Positions 12,841 through 24,945 of a stretch of 64,000 bases of DNA are shown one piece after another. A program made the translations under genes and the position numbers. Under the pieces are notes generated by a model. The model was given only the letters and a program-made list of their open reading frames with translations. It was not told where the DNA came from and searched no databases. Origin of the DNA: Octopus vulgaris (lineage: Eukaryota); assembly GCA_951406725.2 (NCBI GenBank), contig OX597822.1, positions 89,590,001 through 89,654,000 of the forward strand. Reading direction: 5' to 3'. How positions within the stretch are numbered: the stretch's first letter is position 1; every line of letters starts with the position of its first letter.

Positions 12841-14665
12841 TGTGCCAGGGAGAAGCACCACTGATGCTATATTTCTGGTAAGACAGCTGCAGGAGAAATA
12901 CATAGCCAAAGATAAACCTCTGCACTTGGCCTTTATTGGAGAAAGCCTTTCACCAGATCCCTTATCTGGTGATCAATGTGGAAACTAGGGATAGACAAGT
13001 GGTTGGTGAGAGCTGTACAAGCTATGTACAGGGATGCTACAAGTAAGGTGAAGGCTGGCAATGAGTACAGCAAAGAATTCCCGGTACAAGTAGGGGTTCA
13101 CCAAGAATCGATGCTCACACCTCTCTTTGTTCATCATAGTCCTCCAGGCAATAACAGGAATTTATGACAAGTTACCCCTGGGAGCTCCTCTATTCTGATG
13201 ACTTTGCTCTTATAGCTCAATCACTACCAGAACTAGAAGTTCCAAGTATGGAAGCAAGGTCTAAAATCGAAGGGCCTTAGAGTTAATCTAGCAAAAAACC
13301 AAAGTCTTAATAAGTAGGAAGGCAGACAAATCTTGATCTGTAAACAAATCTTGATCTGCTTGATCTGTAGAAAAGACATAGGTAGAAACTCCATAAGATG
13401 CGAGCTTTGGACACATAATAGGTGTGGCAAGGTTAACAGGGAAACTAGCTTTTGAATGTGGAAGATGCACAGGTACAATAAACGCTGAAAATGTACAGAA
13501 AATAGATTCCATCAACTGCCAGGGGTGCAAGCTAAAAGTAGCTTATAGCTTCTGTTATCTAGGTGACCAAGTAAGTAGTGGAGGTGGATGCTCCAAGAGC
13601 GTAGCTATGAGAATAAGATTAGGCTTGGCAAAGTTCAGAGAGCTCCTACTTCTGCTGGCAACAAAGGGACTCTTTCTCAGAGTGAAAGACAGATTATATG
13701 ATGCCTGTGTGTGAACAGCCATGCTACATGGCAGTGAAACACAGGCTGTGACAGTCAAGGACATGTGTGGGCTTGAAAGAAATGAAGCCAGTATGCTTCG
13801 ACAGAGTGTAAGCAACTTGAGAGAAAAGTTAGGCATAAGAGGAATCAGATGTGGTGTGCAAGAGTATGTACTGGTATGGTCACGTGGTACATATGGACAA
13901 GGACTGCTGTGTAAAGAAGTGCCGATCTCTAACTACAGAGGGAACCTGTGGTAGAGATAGACCTAGGAAAACATGGCACAAAGTGGTGAAGCATGATCTT
14001 TGAACTTTGAGCCTCACAGAGGCAATGACTAGTGACCGAGACTTTTGGCAATATACTGTACTTGAGAAGACTCATCAAGCCAAGTGAAATTGTAGTCATA
14101 GCTGATGTTGGTGTCGCGTAACTGGCACCCATCCCGGTGGCTTGTAAAGAGCACCATTCAAGAATTGGGTCTCACAAAGGCAAAGTGGCTGAGTTCCATT
14201 CAAGCATTCAGCTTCATAAAGGTAAAGTGGCTGAGTTCCTTTCGAGTGTTGGGCCTCACAGAGGTAATGACCAGGGCATTATGTCATGCTTGAGACAAAG
14301 GCCCATCAAGCCAAGTTCCTTTCAAGTGTTGGACCTCACAGAGGCAAAATGGCTGAGTTCCTTTCGAGTGTTGAGCCTCACGGAGGAAATGACCAGGGAA
14401 TTACGTCATGCTTGAGACAAAGACCCATCAAGCTGAGGAAAATCGCAGTCATGGTAGATACCAGTGTCATGCAAATGGTACTCAAGTCAGTGGCATGTAA
14501 AAGCGCCCATTACACTCTCAGAGTGGTTGGCATTAGGAAGGGCACCCAGTTGTAGAAAACCATGCCAAATCAGACTGGAGTCTGGTGCAGCCTTCTGGCT
14601 TACCAGCCTTGGTCAAACCATCCAACCCATGCCAGCATGGACAACGGACGTTAAATGATGATGAT
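12841..14665 (+). mobile_element. Degenerate RTE LINE (RT to 3' end) with internal tandem duplications at ~14160-14440
   Basis: PGRSTTDAIF, PWELLYSDD, FCYLG and HGSET remnants with stops and frameshifts; (GAT)n tail. Confidence 0.9.
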
Positions 14666-15097
14666 TAAATTCTTTAGCACATTGGTTGCTAAATGTTTCT
14701 TTGATGCAATGTGCATACAGCTTAGGCATGAGTTATTGTCCCAAGATTTTATTCCCACAATTATAGATGCATATTATATACAAATACAGTGGGGACCAGA
14801 AGGATTAACTGTAGTTTGGCAGGCAGGAAAGCTTGAGGGCCGTATGATGGACAAAGGCATTCTTTGTACACCAGACAGTGGTTTTACAAAAGTTGTGCTG
14901 CCACCCAGTTTTCGTGAGTGGGTAGGCTCCCCCAGGCATTATAGGCTTTGTTTTTTATATTGAAATAGTTACAAGGCAGTTATGAGTAAACACTTTGAGG
15001 GACTGGATGTGAGTAATCACCCTGTGTGAGGAATGTGAAGGAACTTAGGTCAGAAATGAAGCCTATGTGATGCCAGGGATAATTAGTATAAACTGAT

Positions 15098-16040
15098 AGA
15101 GCTCTGGTCCTCAGCCCCCTCTTATTCATCATAGACCTCCAGACAATAACAGAGGAATTCAAGACAGGCTGCCCCTGGGAGCTCCTCTATGCTGATGACC
15201 TTGTTCTAATAGCCGAATAACTGCCAGAACTAGAGACGAAGTTTAGGGTGTGGAAGCAAGGTCTAGAATCTAAGGGCCTTAGGGCTCACCTAGCAAAAAC
15301 CAAAGTCTTAATAAGTAGAAAAACTGACAAATCACAATTCAGGTAGATGGCCCTGCTAGATCTGTAGAAAAGGCGTGACATGGTGTAAGCTATGGTAACA
15401 TAAAGGGTGCAGCAATATCAAAGGAAGGTTAACCAGGAAGATAGTTTTTGTGTGTGGCAGATGCACAGGGGCAATAAACACTGAAGATGTACAGTAAACA
15501 GATTCCATCACATGCCAGGGGAAAAACTAGAAGTAGTTGATAACTTCCGCCACCTTGGCAACCAAGTCTGTAGTGAGAGTGGTTGCTCTGAGAGTGTAGC
15601 AGTTAGAATAAGAATAGGCTGGGCAGAGTTCAGGGAGCTCCTATTTCTGCTGGCAACTAATGGCCTCTCACTCTGGATAAAAGGTAGACTGTATGATGCA
15701 TGTGTGCAAACTTCCACGCTACGCGGCAATAAAACATGGGCCATGACTGCTGAGGGCATGCATAGGCTTGAAAGAAATGAACCTAATGTGATCCACTGAA
15801 TGTGTAATGTCAGTGTGGCTACATGACAGAGTGTGAGTGCCCTGAGAGAAAAGTTGGACATAAGAAGCATCAAATGTAGTGTGCAAGAGAGACAACTGTC
15901 CTAGTATGGTCATGAGAAAATGCCACACCCTAACTGTGGAAGTAACCTGTGGAAAAGGTAGACATGGGATGAGGTGGTGAAGCAAGACCTTCAAACATTG
16001 GACTTCACAGAGGCAATGACAGGAGATCGAGACCTGTGAT
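15098..16040 (+). mobile_element. Degenerate RTE LINE fragment
   Basis: FKTGCPWELLYADDL through the RT C-terminus; several stops. Confidence 0.88.
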
Positions 16041-18106
16041 CCAGCTTTCTGTTCTGCAACATTAAATTCTCTGAAAAATCTCTTCATAGATTATATAAAC
16101 TACAAAAATAGAAGTCAAAATGGGAAAGACCCAGTAGGAGTGTTTTCAATCATAGATTTGTTCCACCAAGGGTAACCTGGGACTAAATAATCAAAATTTA
16201 TTGTCCATAAGCAAGTTATAGTGAAAAAAACTTGTCTGTAGTTATTTTATCTGTTATTTACTCCATGTATGAAACACACGCAGCCATCCTAACATGCTGG
16301 AAATAGTAAATATAAATGAACTATTACACTTTTGAAAAATAGTATTTTTAATAAGAATCATCAAATTTCATCATCTACACATTTCAAAATAGATTTCTAC
16401 AAAATTTCATTAAATATATGCATTTACTTTTTAAAGAAAGCTACAAGGAAACAAAAAGTCCAAGCAAATCTATATATGAGCAAGCAATAAACACTTATTT
16501 TTAATTCCAATATGTTTGAATTAAGTATGTAAGTCTTAGGATAATCGTCACTTATATGCTGTCTCCTACCTGCCTATTCTGCTACAACTGCAATGACCTC
16601 ATGCAGTTGCTTGGACTCATGTTATTTCTACTTGAATATTCCCAACCAACTTGTCTCTAATCCCCCATATTGTGTCCAACTCCATCAGACCTTACACTAA
16701 CCACTATACTCAGTGCTTCTTTCCCAAAACATCGCACTCCTGAATTCACTTGCTGCTCAAGCCTTTCCTGCAGATGCTGACTTCAAATGGCTCGAGAGCA
16801 AAACTAATGGCATTGGCTTCACTGGTTTGAATGGCATTCCTATAGAAGTGTGTGCCCCACGACTTTTTTCCTCTTAACTTTCAGAAAAAGGAATACTTTT
16901 TTGGGAAATTTTCAACAAATCCATTGCTGTGAATTCCAAATATATAGGAATTTGTTGGAAACATTTTTCCAAGGGGTGGGAAGAGGAGTTTTAAAAAATT
17001 CACACAACCCAATTATTTTTCCTCATAACTTTGAGGAAAATGGGTGTCTTTAATGAAATTTTATACAAATACATTACAAAGGAATTTGTTGGGAAAACAT
17101 TTTTCTCGCGGGTAGGGAAAGGAGTTTTAGAAAATTCATGTATTGGCTTTGTTTTCCCACAACTGGTAAAAATTAGGTATTTCTATGAAAATTTCTGCAG
17201 ATACTAGTCAGATGGTGATGATTAAGACTATATCAGAATTTGTTGAGAAAAAATTGGGGGGGAGGGAGCAGTATTTCACACACTTTTACTGTTTCCTATG
17301 TATTTGCTTCCCAACCACATGGTTCTGGGTTCAGTCCCACTGCATAGTACTTCGTCAAGTCTCTTATTACAGCCCCAACCCCACCCACTCAGTTTTCTAC
17401 AGGCAAAATGCATTTCCCACACATTGAGGTCAATTAAGACGATTGTAATGAAAAAAATACACAGGAGACGGGGTCGGAAAGGGGAATTTCCGAGGAATTT
17501 CTCTAGCCCCACCCCCTCCGTTTTCCGCGGAAAGAATGCATTTCCGACAGCTTACGAGGTCAACTAAGACGATTGCACACACACACCCAAAAGAACGGGG
17601 GAGAAAATTATTTAAAACTGAAATCGATTCTGGTGTGAAACTATAAAGTGACCCTGCACTCTTCAACACTTGCACTAAGAATAAACTCAAGGTGAACTTA
17701 CTACTTGCTCTTATAGCAAGTTGATGCAGATAGTTGAAAAGGTTGCAGGACACAACGAAAATTTTAGAAAAATAAAGAAGGAAACAAGTGGAAATTATAC
17801 CGCTGAGTGGGTTAAATTATAAGGCACTAGAAGAGAATGACTCTCCCCAGACACACCAATATATATATATATATATTAACCGGATAAACATATTAAAAGG
17901 GGTCCGTGAGAAAAGTCATTTAAATAAAAGGGTTGGGAACAACTGAACTAAGAGGAACAAGAGGATAGAAGTTCGCTGAAGATGTCACAGATGCGTGACG
18001 AAAGATTTCCAGACAATGAACATGAAATATAAACAATAATAAACGAATGAAGAACAATATATAGTGCTAGTGTTTATTTGGGAAAAAAAGACCGTCCTCA
18101 AATATG

Positions 18107-18155
<49 letters not shown>

Positions 18156-18243
18156 TCAAACTAAAGCGTTAAACCATTTAGTTTAACCATATATATATAT
18201 ATGTGCATGTCTGTAAATATACTTGTGTGTAAAGGTGGCTCAC

Positions 18244-18308
18244 CAAATTGGACAGTCCATATTCTTCTTCATACTGTTTAGAATTTTCTGAATCTTTTGC
18301 TGGCTCAT
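18244..18308 (-). CDS. BRCA1: BRCA1 orthologue, coding exon 1 (N-terminal helix and first RING CxxC)
   Basis: Minus strand from the ATG at 18308 reads MSQQKIQKILNSMKKNMDCPI+TG, then donor GTGAGC (phase 2). It aligns with human VQNVINAMQKILECPIC, whose first coding intron interrupts the same Cys codon. Confidence 0.9.
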
Positions 18309-18439
18309 TGCGGAGTGGTAAAATGTGAATGTCGCAAAGAAGTTTCAATTTTTTTTTTCTTAGAGCAGCTAGAAACTAAATCAAATTAAGTTATTTTCAA
18401 ATTAAATCTATAATAATATTGTCTACATAGAATCTTCGA

Positions 18440-18495
18440 GTTCTTTGAAATAAGAAACTTTTCAAACTACAAAACATTCTAATTCCCGCCGAATT
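18440..18495 (-). promoter_or_regulatory. Candidate BRCA1 promoter elements: E2F site and CHR-like hexamers
   Basis: GGCGGGAA on the gene strand at 18490-18483. TTTGAA at 18466-18461 (gene strand) and 18444-18449 (opposite strand). The region is locally CpG-enriched, about 135-180 bp upstream of the ATG. TSS not determined. Confidence 0.4.
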
Positions 18496-18932
18496 ATGTA
18501 ACTCTTGCGTGTGATGAGAGTAGCCTCCCTTGATCATTCTTGCCTAGTTTCGTTTCACCTGAATTGCAGCAGTCTTATATTATTCACGTAGCCTGTCGGC
18601 GTAACAAGACGCGATCTACATACAGATGCGTCTTTCCAGTTTTATATCATGTCTCCACCTAACTGCGCACTGCTGCGATAAATTGTATGTGGTGCAGTGC
18701 GACCTTCTGGACATGTTGCATTCTCTCTATTGTCCAGTCTATTTTTATCCCCCTGCAGGATCTAATTAGATCATTTTCAAGTTTCAGAAATAAGGTCTAA
18801 AATGGGGTAAAATGAATGCCTAATTTCAATAATTTCTTCTCTTAAACTACACGGTGAGTGAATATATCACGAAGTGGACACTCCAGCAGATCATGAAGAA
18901 GATATAAATATTTTATGTTGAGTTTTATATAT

Positions 18933-21589
18933 ATCATCATCATCATCGTTTAACGTTCGTTTTCCGCGAGAGCACGGGTTGGACGGTTCGACCGGGGTCT
19001 GGGAAGCCAGGGGCTGCACCAGGCTCCAGTCTGATCTGCCAGTGTTTCTACGGCTGGATGCCCTTCCTAACGCCAACCACTCCGCGAGTGTAGTGGGTGC
19101 TTTTTACGTGCCACCGGCACAGGCGCCAGGGGAGTCTAGTATCGGCCACGATCGGTTGGTGTTTTTAACGTGCCACCGGCCACGTTCGAATGGTGCTTTT
19201 TATGTGCCACCGGCCTAGAAGCCAGTCGAGGCAGCACTGGCAACGGCCACGTTCGGATGGTGCTTTTTATGTGCCACCGGCACAGGTATCACAACTACTA
19301 TTTCCATTGATATTTATTTCGATGTTCATGTACTTGACTCAACAGGTCTCCTCAAGCACAGCGGGATGTTCTGGGATCCAAGGTACTTTGAATGGGCAGG
19401 GGCTATGCGGAACTGGTGCAGGAAGCAGCCCGGGTCTTTGCAGTCACAGCATATCTCCAGGGATCTCAGTCCTTCGCCATTGCCTCATTGAGGCCCAACG
19501 CTCTGAGGTCATGCTTGACTACCTCATCCCATGTCTTCCTGGGTCTACCTCTACCCCTGATTCCTTCAACTGTTTGGGAGCGGCACTTCACACATCTCTC
19601 CTCATCCATCCGCAGTACATGACCATACCATCGCAAGCGTCGGTCTTGCACACCACATTTAATGCTTCTTATGTCCAGCATTTCTCTCAGAGTGCTTATA
19701 CTCTGTCTTGCGTGCCCACTGACATTACACATCCAGCGGATCAGGATAGCTTCATTTTTTTCAAGTCTACACATGTCCTCTGCAGTCACAGCCCACGTTT
19801 CACTACCGTGAAGCATGGCAGTTCGCACACATGCATCATACAATCTACCCTTCACTCTGAGTGAGAGACCCTTTGTCGCCAGTAGGGGTAGGAGCTTTCT
19901 AAACTTTGCCCAGGCTATTCGTATTCTAGTGGTGACACTCTCTGAGCATCCACCTCCACTACTAACTTGGTCACCCAGGTAGCGGAAACTAGCGACTACT
20001 TATAGTTTCTCCTCCTGGAGTGTGATGGAATCTGTTTTCTGAGTATTTGTGGTGTCTATTGTCCCTGTGCATCTGCCGCACATGAAAGTTATCTTATCAG
20101 TTAATTTCCCTTTGATGTTGCTGCACCTCTTATGCGTCCATAGCTTACACTGGGTGCATCTTATGGAGTTTCTACCTACGCCTTTCCTACAGATCAAGCA
20201 GGGCCACCTGCCCTTTGGGGTGTGTGCTGAGTTTGCCTTTCTGCTTACTATAACTTTGGTCTTTGCTACATTTACTCTAAGGCCCTTTGATTCTAACCCT
20301 TGCTTCCACACCCAAAATTTCTTTTCTAGTTCCGGTAATGATTCTGCTATGAGGGCCAGGTCATCAGCATAGAGGAGCTCCCAGGGGCAACCTGTTTTGA
20401 ATTCCTCTATTATTGCCTGGAGGACTATGAGGAATAAAAGGGGACTGAGGGCTGAGCCTTGGTCTACACCTACTTCTACCCGGAATTCTTCACTATATTC
20501 GTTGCCAATCCTCACCTTGCTGACAGCCTCTCTGTATAAGGCCTGTACAGCCCTTATTAGCCATTCGTCAATCTCCAGTTTCCGCATCGACCACCAGATA
20601 AGGGATTGGGGGACCCTGTCAAAGGCTTTCTCCAAGTCCACAAAAGCTATGTAGAGGGGTTTATCTTTAGCTAGGTACTTCTCCTGCAGTTGTCGGACCA
20701 GGAATATAGCATCAGTGGTGCTTCTACCCGGCACAAAACCGAACTCATCTAAGCAAATTCTCTACCTAATGAGATGGGTTATGACCCTCTGTGTGACCTT
20801 CATCACCTGATCCAACAGTTTAATACCCCTGTAGTTATTTCTGTCTAGAGCATCACCCTTACCCTTGTAGCAGTTGACTTGGTGCTGCTACACCAGTCAT
20901 TGGGTATGACTCCATTATGAACTACCTGGTTTACAATGCGGGTGACTAGGCCATAGCCCACATAACCAGCTGTTTTAAGCATCTCAGCCGTGATTCCTGA
21001 TGGGCCGGGGGCTTTACCTGGTTTCATACCCTTAATTGCCTTAACTACAAGGGAGTTGTCTATTCGGATAGCTGGTCCCTCTACTGGGTCAACATTTGGC
21101 AGGCTCTCCTCCTCCCATCCATTCTCCACATTCAGCAGTCTTTCATAATGGCTTCTCCAAGCCTCTTTCTTTTCACCAACATTAAAAGCAAGTGCCCCAT
21201 CATCCATGCGAACACATTTCTCTCCTGTAACATCACTATTTTCTCTCACACACTGTCTAGCAATCCGAAATACCTCAGTTCTTTGGTCCTCACGTCGCTG
21301 GACATTGGCAAACTTCTTCTTTTCTGCTACATCTTTGGCTATATACCTGCCGCCCAGCCTCCCTTTTAGCTACTTGGTACAGTTCCCTGCTACCCCCATC
21401 CCTCCAGGCTTTCCAGACCTGTTTCTTTGCACTAATGGCTTTGTCTACTGCACTATCTACCACCACGTAACTCTAGGTCTGGAAGGGACTTTGCACCATC
21501 CACGGACTTGGTCTGTGGCACTCAGCAAGCTGTCCCGTAGGAATTTCCAGCTACCTTTTATGTCCAACGTCTGTAGCTCCTCCTCCCTC

Positions 21590-21590
<1 letters not shown>
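18933..21590 (-). mobile_element. 2.7-kb 5'-truncated RTE LINE, longest and best-preserved copy in the window
   Basis: ORFs 20845-21249 (KAPGPSGITAEMLK), 20000-20734 (FVDLEKAFDRV, QGSALSPLLF, YADD, PHD) and 19466-19855. A nonsense codon at 20000 and frameshifts disable it. It has the 3' UTR array and a (GAT)n tail, and both ends abut TA repeats. Confidence 0.96.
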
Positions 21591-21625
<35 letters not shown>

Positions 21626-22263
21626 ATAATTTAGGGTATCTAAGAGATACCCTAAATTATAATTTTAATAATAATTATTACCTTTGAAAGTTTTTATTCC
21701 CATCCTAGCCACTTGATGAGATCGATATTTAAATTAACGATCTTATCCTAATTTATATAAATATATGTATATATATATATATATAGTCGAGTTTCATTAA
21801 TTTCGTTACGTGCCATTTTTCCTTGATCCTCTTTCATTTGACCCAGATATTAAATTTTTTTTTTACATATCTGATCTTTCTGATGTCTTAGGGAAGGATG
21901 TTGATGTGTATGAGTCTGTTTTCTGGAGAACTGAAACCGCAAATTTACTTTATCTTGTACTTACTTATTTTGCCACAGCTAAATTTGTTTTTAACATGTT
22001 CAAAGAAATGGGCAACAATTTTCTGAAGCAATGCTTTTAATGCATTTAGGGAAAGCTATTTGCTTAGCTGGTATAGTTTTTGTGAGGTAGTGAACATTTG
22101 TAAAAATAAAAATATTTTGTCTCAAAATCAAAATTGCAGTAAAAACCTAATCCCACCCCCAATGTTCGTTTGATTTCCAGTACAAAACGGAAGGGTCTGT
22201 TAAGGAACAACTTGCTGGAATCCCCAAATGTTTACAGAAATTCTAAAGTATAGCATTTTATTG

Positions 22264-23069
22264 GGATCTTTTCCTTTTGAACGGCACATATCAACACAAT
22301 TTCTAGTTAACTAAATACTTTTAAACTTCGTATACTGGTAGAATGTGTTTATAAAACTTCATTTTTTCTTGGCTTTATTGAGAAAATTCTATATGTTGTA
22401 ACATATTTCCACTTTAATTTCAAGCATTTCGGCAATTTTAACCAATCGCTGACCTCCATTTGGGGTGAAAACATTCCGTACTGTATGAATATGTCCCTCA
22501 TTTAAGAAACAGATTGGGTTTATTTACATTTGCGAAGAAAAAAAGAAACCCTTCCCCCACCCCTAACCCTAACCCTAAATCTAAAATAGATTGAAATGCG
22601 ATAGATCGATACTAGGGTTATAATTATGGGTGACAATTTCATACGACACTGCTACGGGAAATGGGATTTTTTTCTAGCGGTGTCAAATGAAAATGTCACC
22701 CATAATTATAACCCTAGTGTCGATCTATTGCATTTCAATCTATTTTAGATTTAGGGTAAGATTTAGGGTTAGGGGTGGGGGAAGGGTATCTTTTTTCTTC
22801 GCAAATGTAAATAAACCCAATCTGTTTCTTAAACGAGGGACATATTCATACAGCATGGAATGTTTTCACCCCAAATGGAGGTCAGTGATTGGTTAAAATT
22901 GCCGAAATGCTCGAAATTTCAGATGAAATATCTTACAAACTATAGAATTTTCTCAATAAAGCCAAGAAAAAATGATGTTTTATAAACACATTCTACCAGT
23001 ATACGAAGTTTAAAAGTGTTTAGTTAACTAGAAATTGTGTTGATATGTGCCGTTCAAAAGGAAAAGATC
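22264..23069. mobile_element. Foldback MITE, Mutator-like (~385-bp TIRs, 9-bp TSD)
   Basis: 22265-~22650 is the reverse complement of ~22682-23069. ATTTTATTG flanks both sides (22255-22263 and 23070-23078). The arms contain CCCTAA/TTAGGG repeats. Confidence 0.88.
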
Positions 23070-24215
23070 ATTTTATTGTTTATAAAATATACTATAACAC
23101 GGTTAATTAAGTCAGTTTAATTAGTCTGGTTCCCTCATTGATTCATAAAATATTTTCACTGGAATTATGGAATCCTCGTTTACCTTAAAAAATTCTAAAA
23201 TGTACTGTTTTATGTTGGTAAAATATACCATAAAATGATGATTAACTTCGTTTAATTAATCTTTGTAGTCACTTAGGTACAGGGGCCAACTGAGAGTATT
23301 AAGAGCCCTTGGGTATAACTGTTTACCTTTGAATGTGCGTTTTAGTAGAGATAACATGTTGAGTGCGGGTCCCTCAGTGCTCTAGACCCTCGGGGGGGGG
23401 GGGGGTGCCCAGTTGACCGACGGCTCAGTCCACTTCTGCTTGTGTAAAATAATGATTTATTTGTAAATTGAGTGAATATGGCATGTTTCTATGTGATTCC
23501 TTTTTTGTATGAGAAGTCGTTATGTACAGATTTGACTTCACTGGTTTGTGTATTTCTGAGTTTATTGAGGTTTGTTTTCAAGAGACTGAGGCCCAGGTAA
23601 AACTGCCTTCGTCCATAAAGTGTACACTTCTTTTTATTAGCCACATGCTGAACATGTGATTGCTTTATATTTGTGCATTATTTAACTCTCTCTCTCTCTC
23701 TCACCACCACCACCACCACTACAATGATCTCTGTTTTTCGGAATTGGCTAATGTTGTATCATCTTCACTCAAGGTCACCTGCTAATATCTGTAAATACAA
23801 AATAATATAAAACTGACACTTAAATGGCAGTAAGTAGTTTGATAACAATCTACATTTCAGGGCATTGAGCTGGCTAACACACTGAGCAGGATTTAAAACT
23901 GAAACTGCATTAACTTATTAAAGAGAGATCACTGCTATCAGGTGATATCGGCCTAATTGTCAACCAATAGTATTTCATCTGCAGTCATTCAATTGTACGA
24001 CAGTGAGTGAAAAATTTCTTATATTACAATATAAAACTTGGCTAAGAATTCAAGTTTTGCTCCACAGTCAAATCAGAGAAGGTCCATGTGAAAACAGGTT
24101 TCTAGATCACTGCTATATCATGTGTTAAAGAAATGTTTGTCCACCATGACTATATAATTTTCTACCTCTCAAAACACAAACAAATAACTGTTTAATTCTT
24201 AGCTGTAACACAACA

Positions 24216-24945
24216 TATAATAATAATGAAATTATTGTATACAGTGCTCAGGTGCACCACAACTTGTCAGAAAGTGCATATAAAGTACATGCAGTAATGT
24301 AAAAATGTCTGGAAAGCGAACAATGTATGAGTCAGATACATGCCTGTGTGTGTATGGAGGGGAGAAAATCAGGTGTTGTGTTGGCGAATCTCAGAAAGCA
24401 TGGAAGTTTTGAAGGATGCAGTGCTCCGACAACTAACAACTGATGCCGGCAGTTTGTTCCATGCTTCAGCAACTCTCAGCGTGAAAAAATGTTTCCTGAA
24501 GTCATGGGAACTGTGTTGTTTTCTGACTTTGTAAATATGTCCACAGGTGTTAGATGGGTGGAGTTTGAAAAGGTGCTCAGAGTTATTGTTTGTACGATGG
24601 TTGATAATTTTATGGGTGTCTGCCAAGTCAGCTGCCAGACGTCGGAGTTTCAATGTGTCCATGCCCAGGGAAGTAAGGCGTTCAGGATATGGCAATTGCC
24701 TGATGGAGGGTATTCTTTTGGTTGCACGTCGCTGAACAGCTTCCAGACGATTGATATCCTGGGCAAGATAGGGGTTCCAGACCGGTGATGCAAATTCCAG
24801 GTGAGGTCTTACCATAGCTATATAAAGCCACAGATAGATAGCCGGAGAGCGGCTCACAAAGGATTTGGTGAGTGATGCCAAGACACCCTCAGCCTTCTTG
24901 ACAATTTTAGCGATGTGTTTTGTCCAACGCAAATCACTGTCGACA
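24216..24945 (-). mobile_element. CR1-group LINE 3' fragment
   Basis: 194-aa ORF with LYIAMVRPHLEFASPVWNP, LEAVQRRATK, YPERL and FFTLRVAEAWNKLP; short 3' UTR ending in (ATT)n. Confidence 0.9.

Noticed and set aside
16840-17580. Structured or regulatory element with internal duplications
   Set aside because: It matches the reverse complement of ~46150-46310, so it is an unclassified dispersed repeat. No termini could be defined.
18933-21590. Active autonomous LINE
   Set aside because: It is 5'-truncated (no endonuclease), with a nonsense codon at 20000 and frameshifts.
22540-22790. Telomere or chromosome-fusion site (head-to-head CCCTAA/TTAGGG)
   Set aside because: Only about 3 units per side, explained by the arms of a TSD-flanked foldback element.
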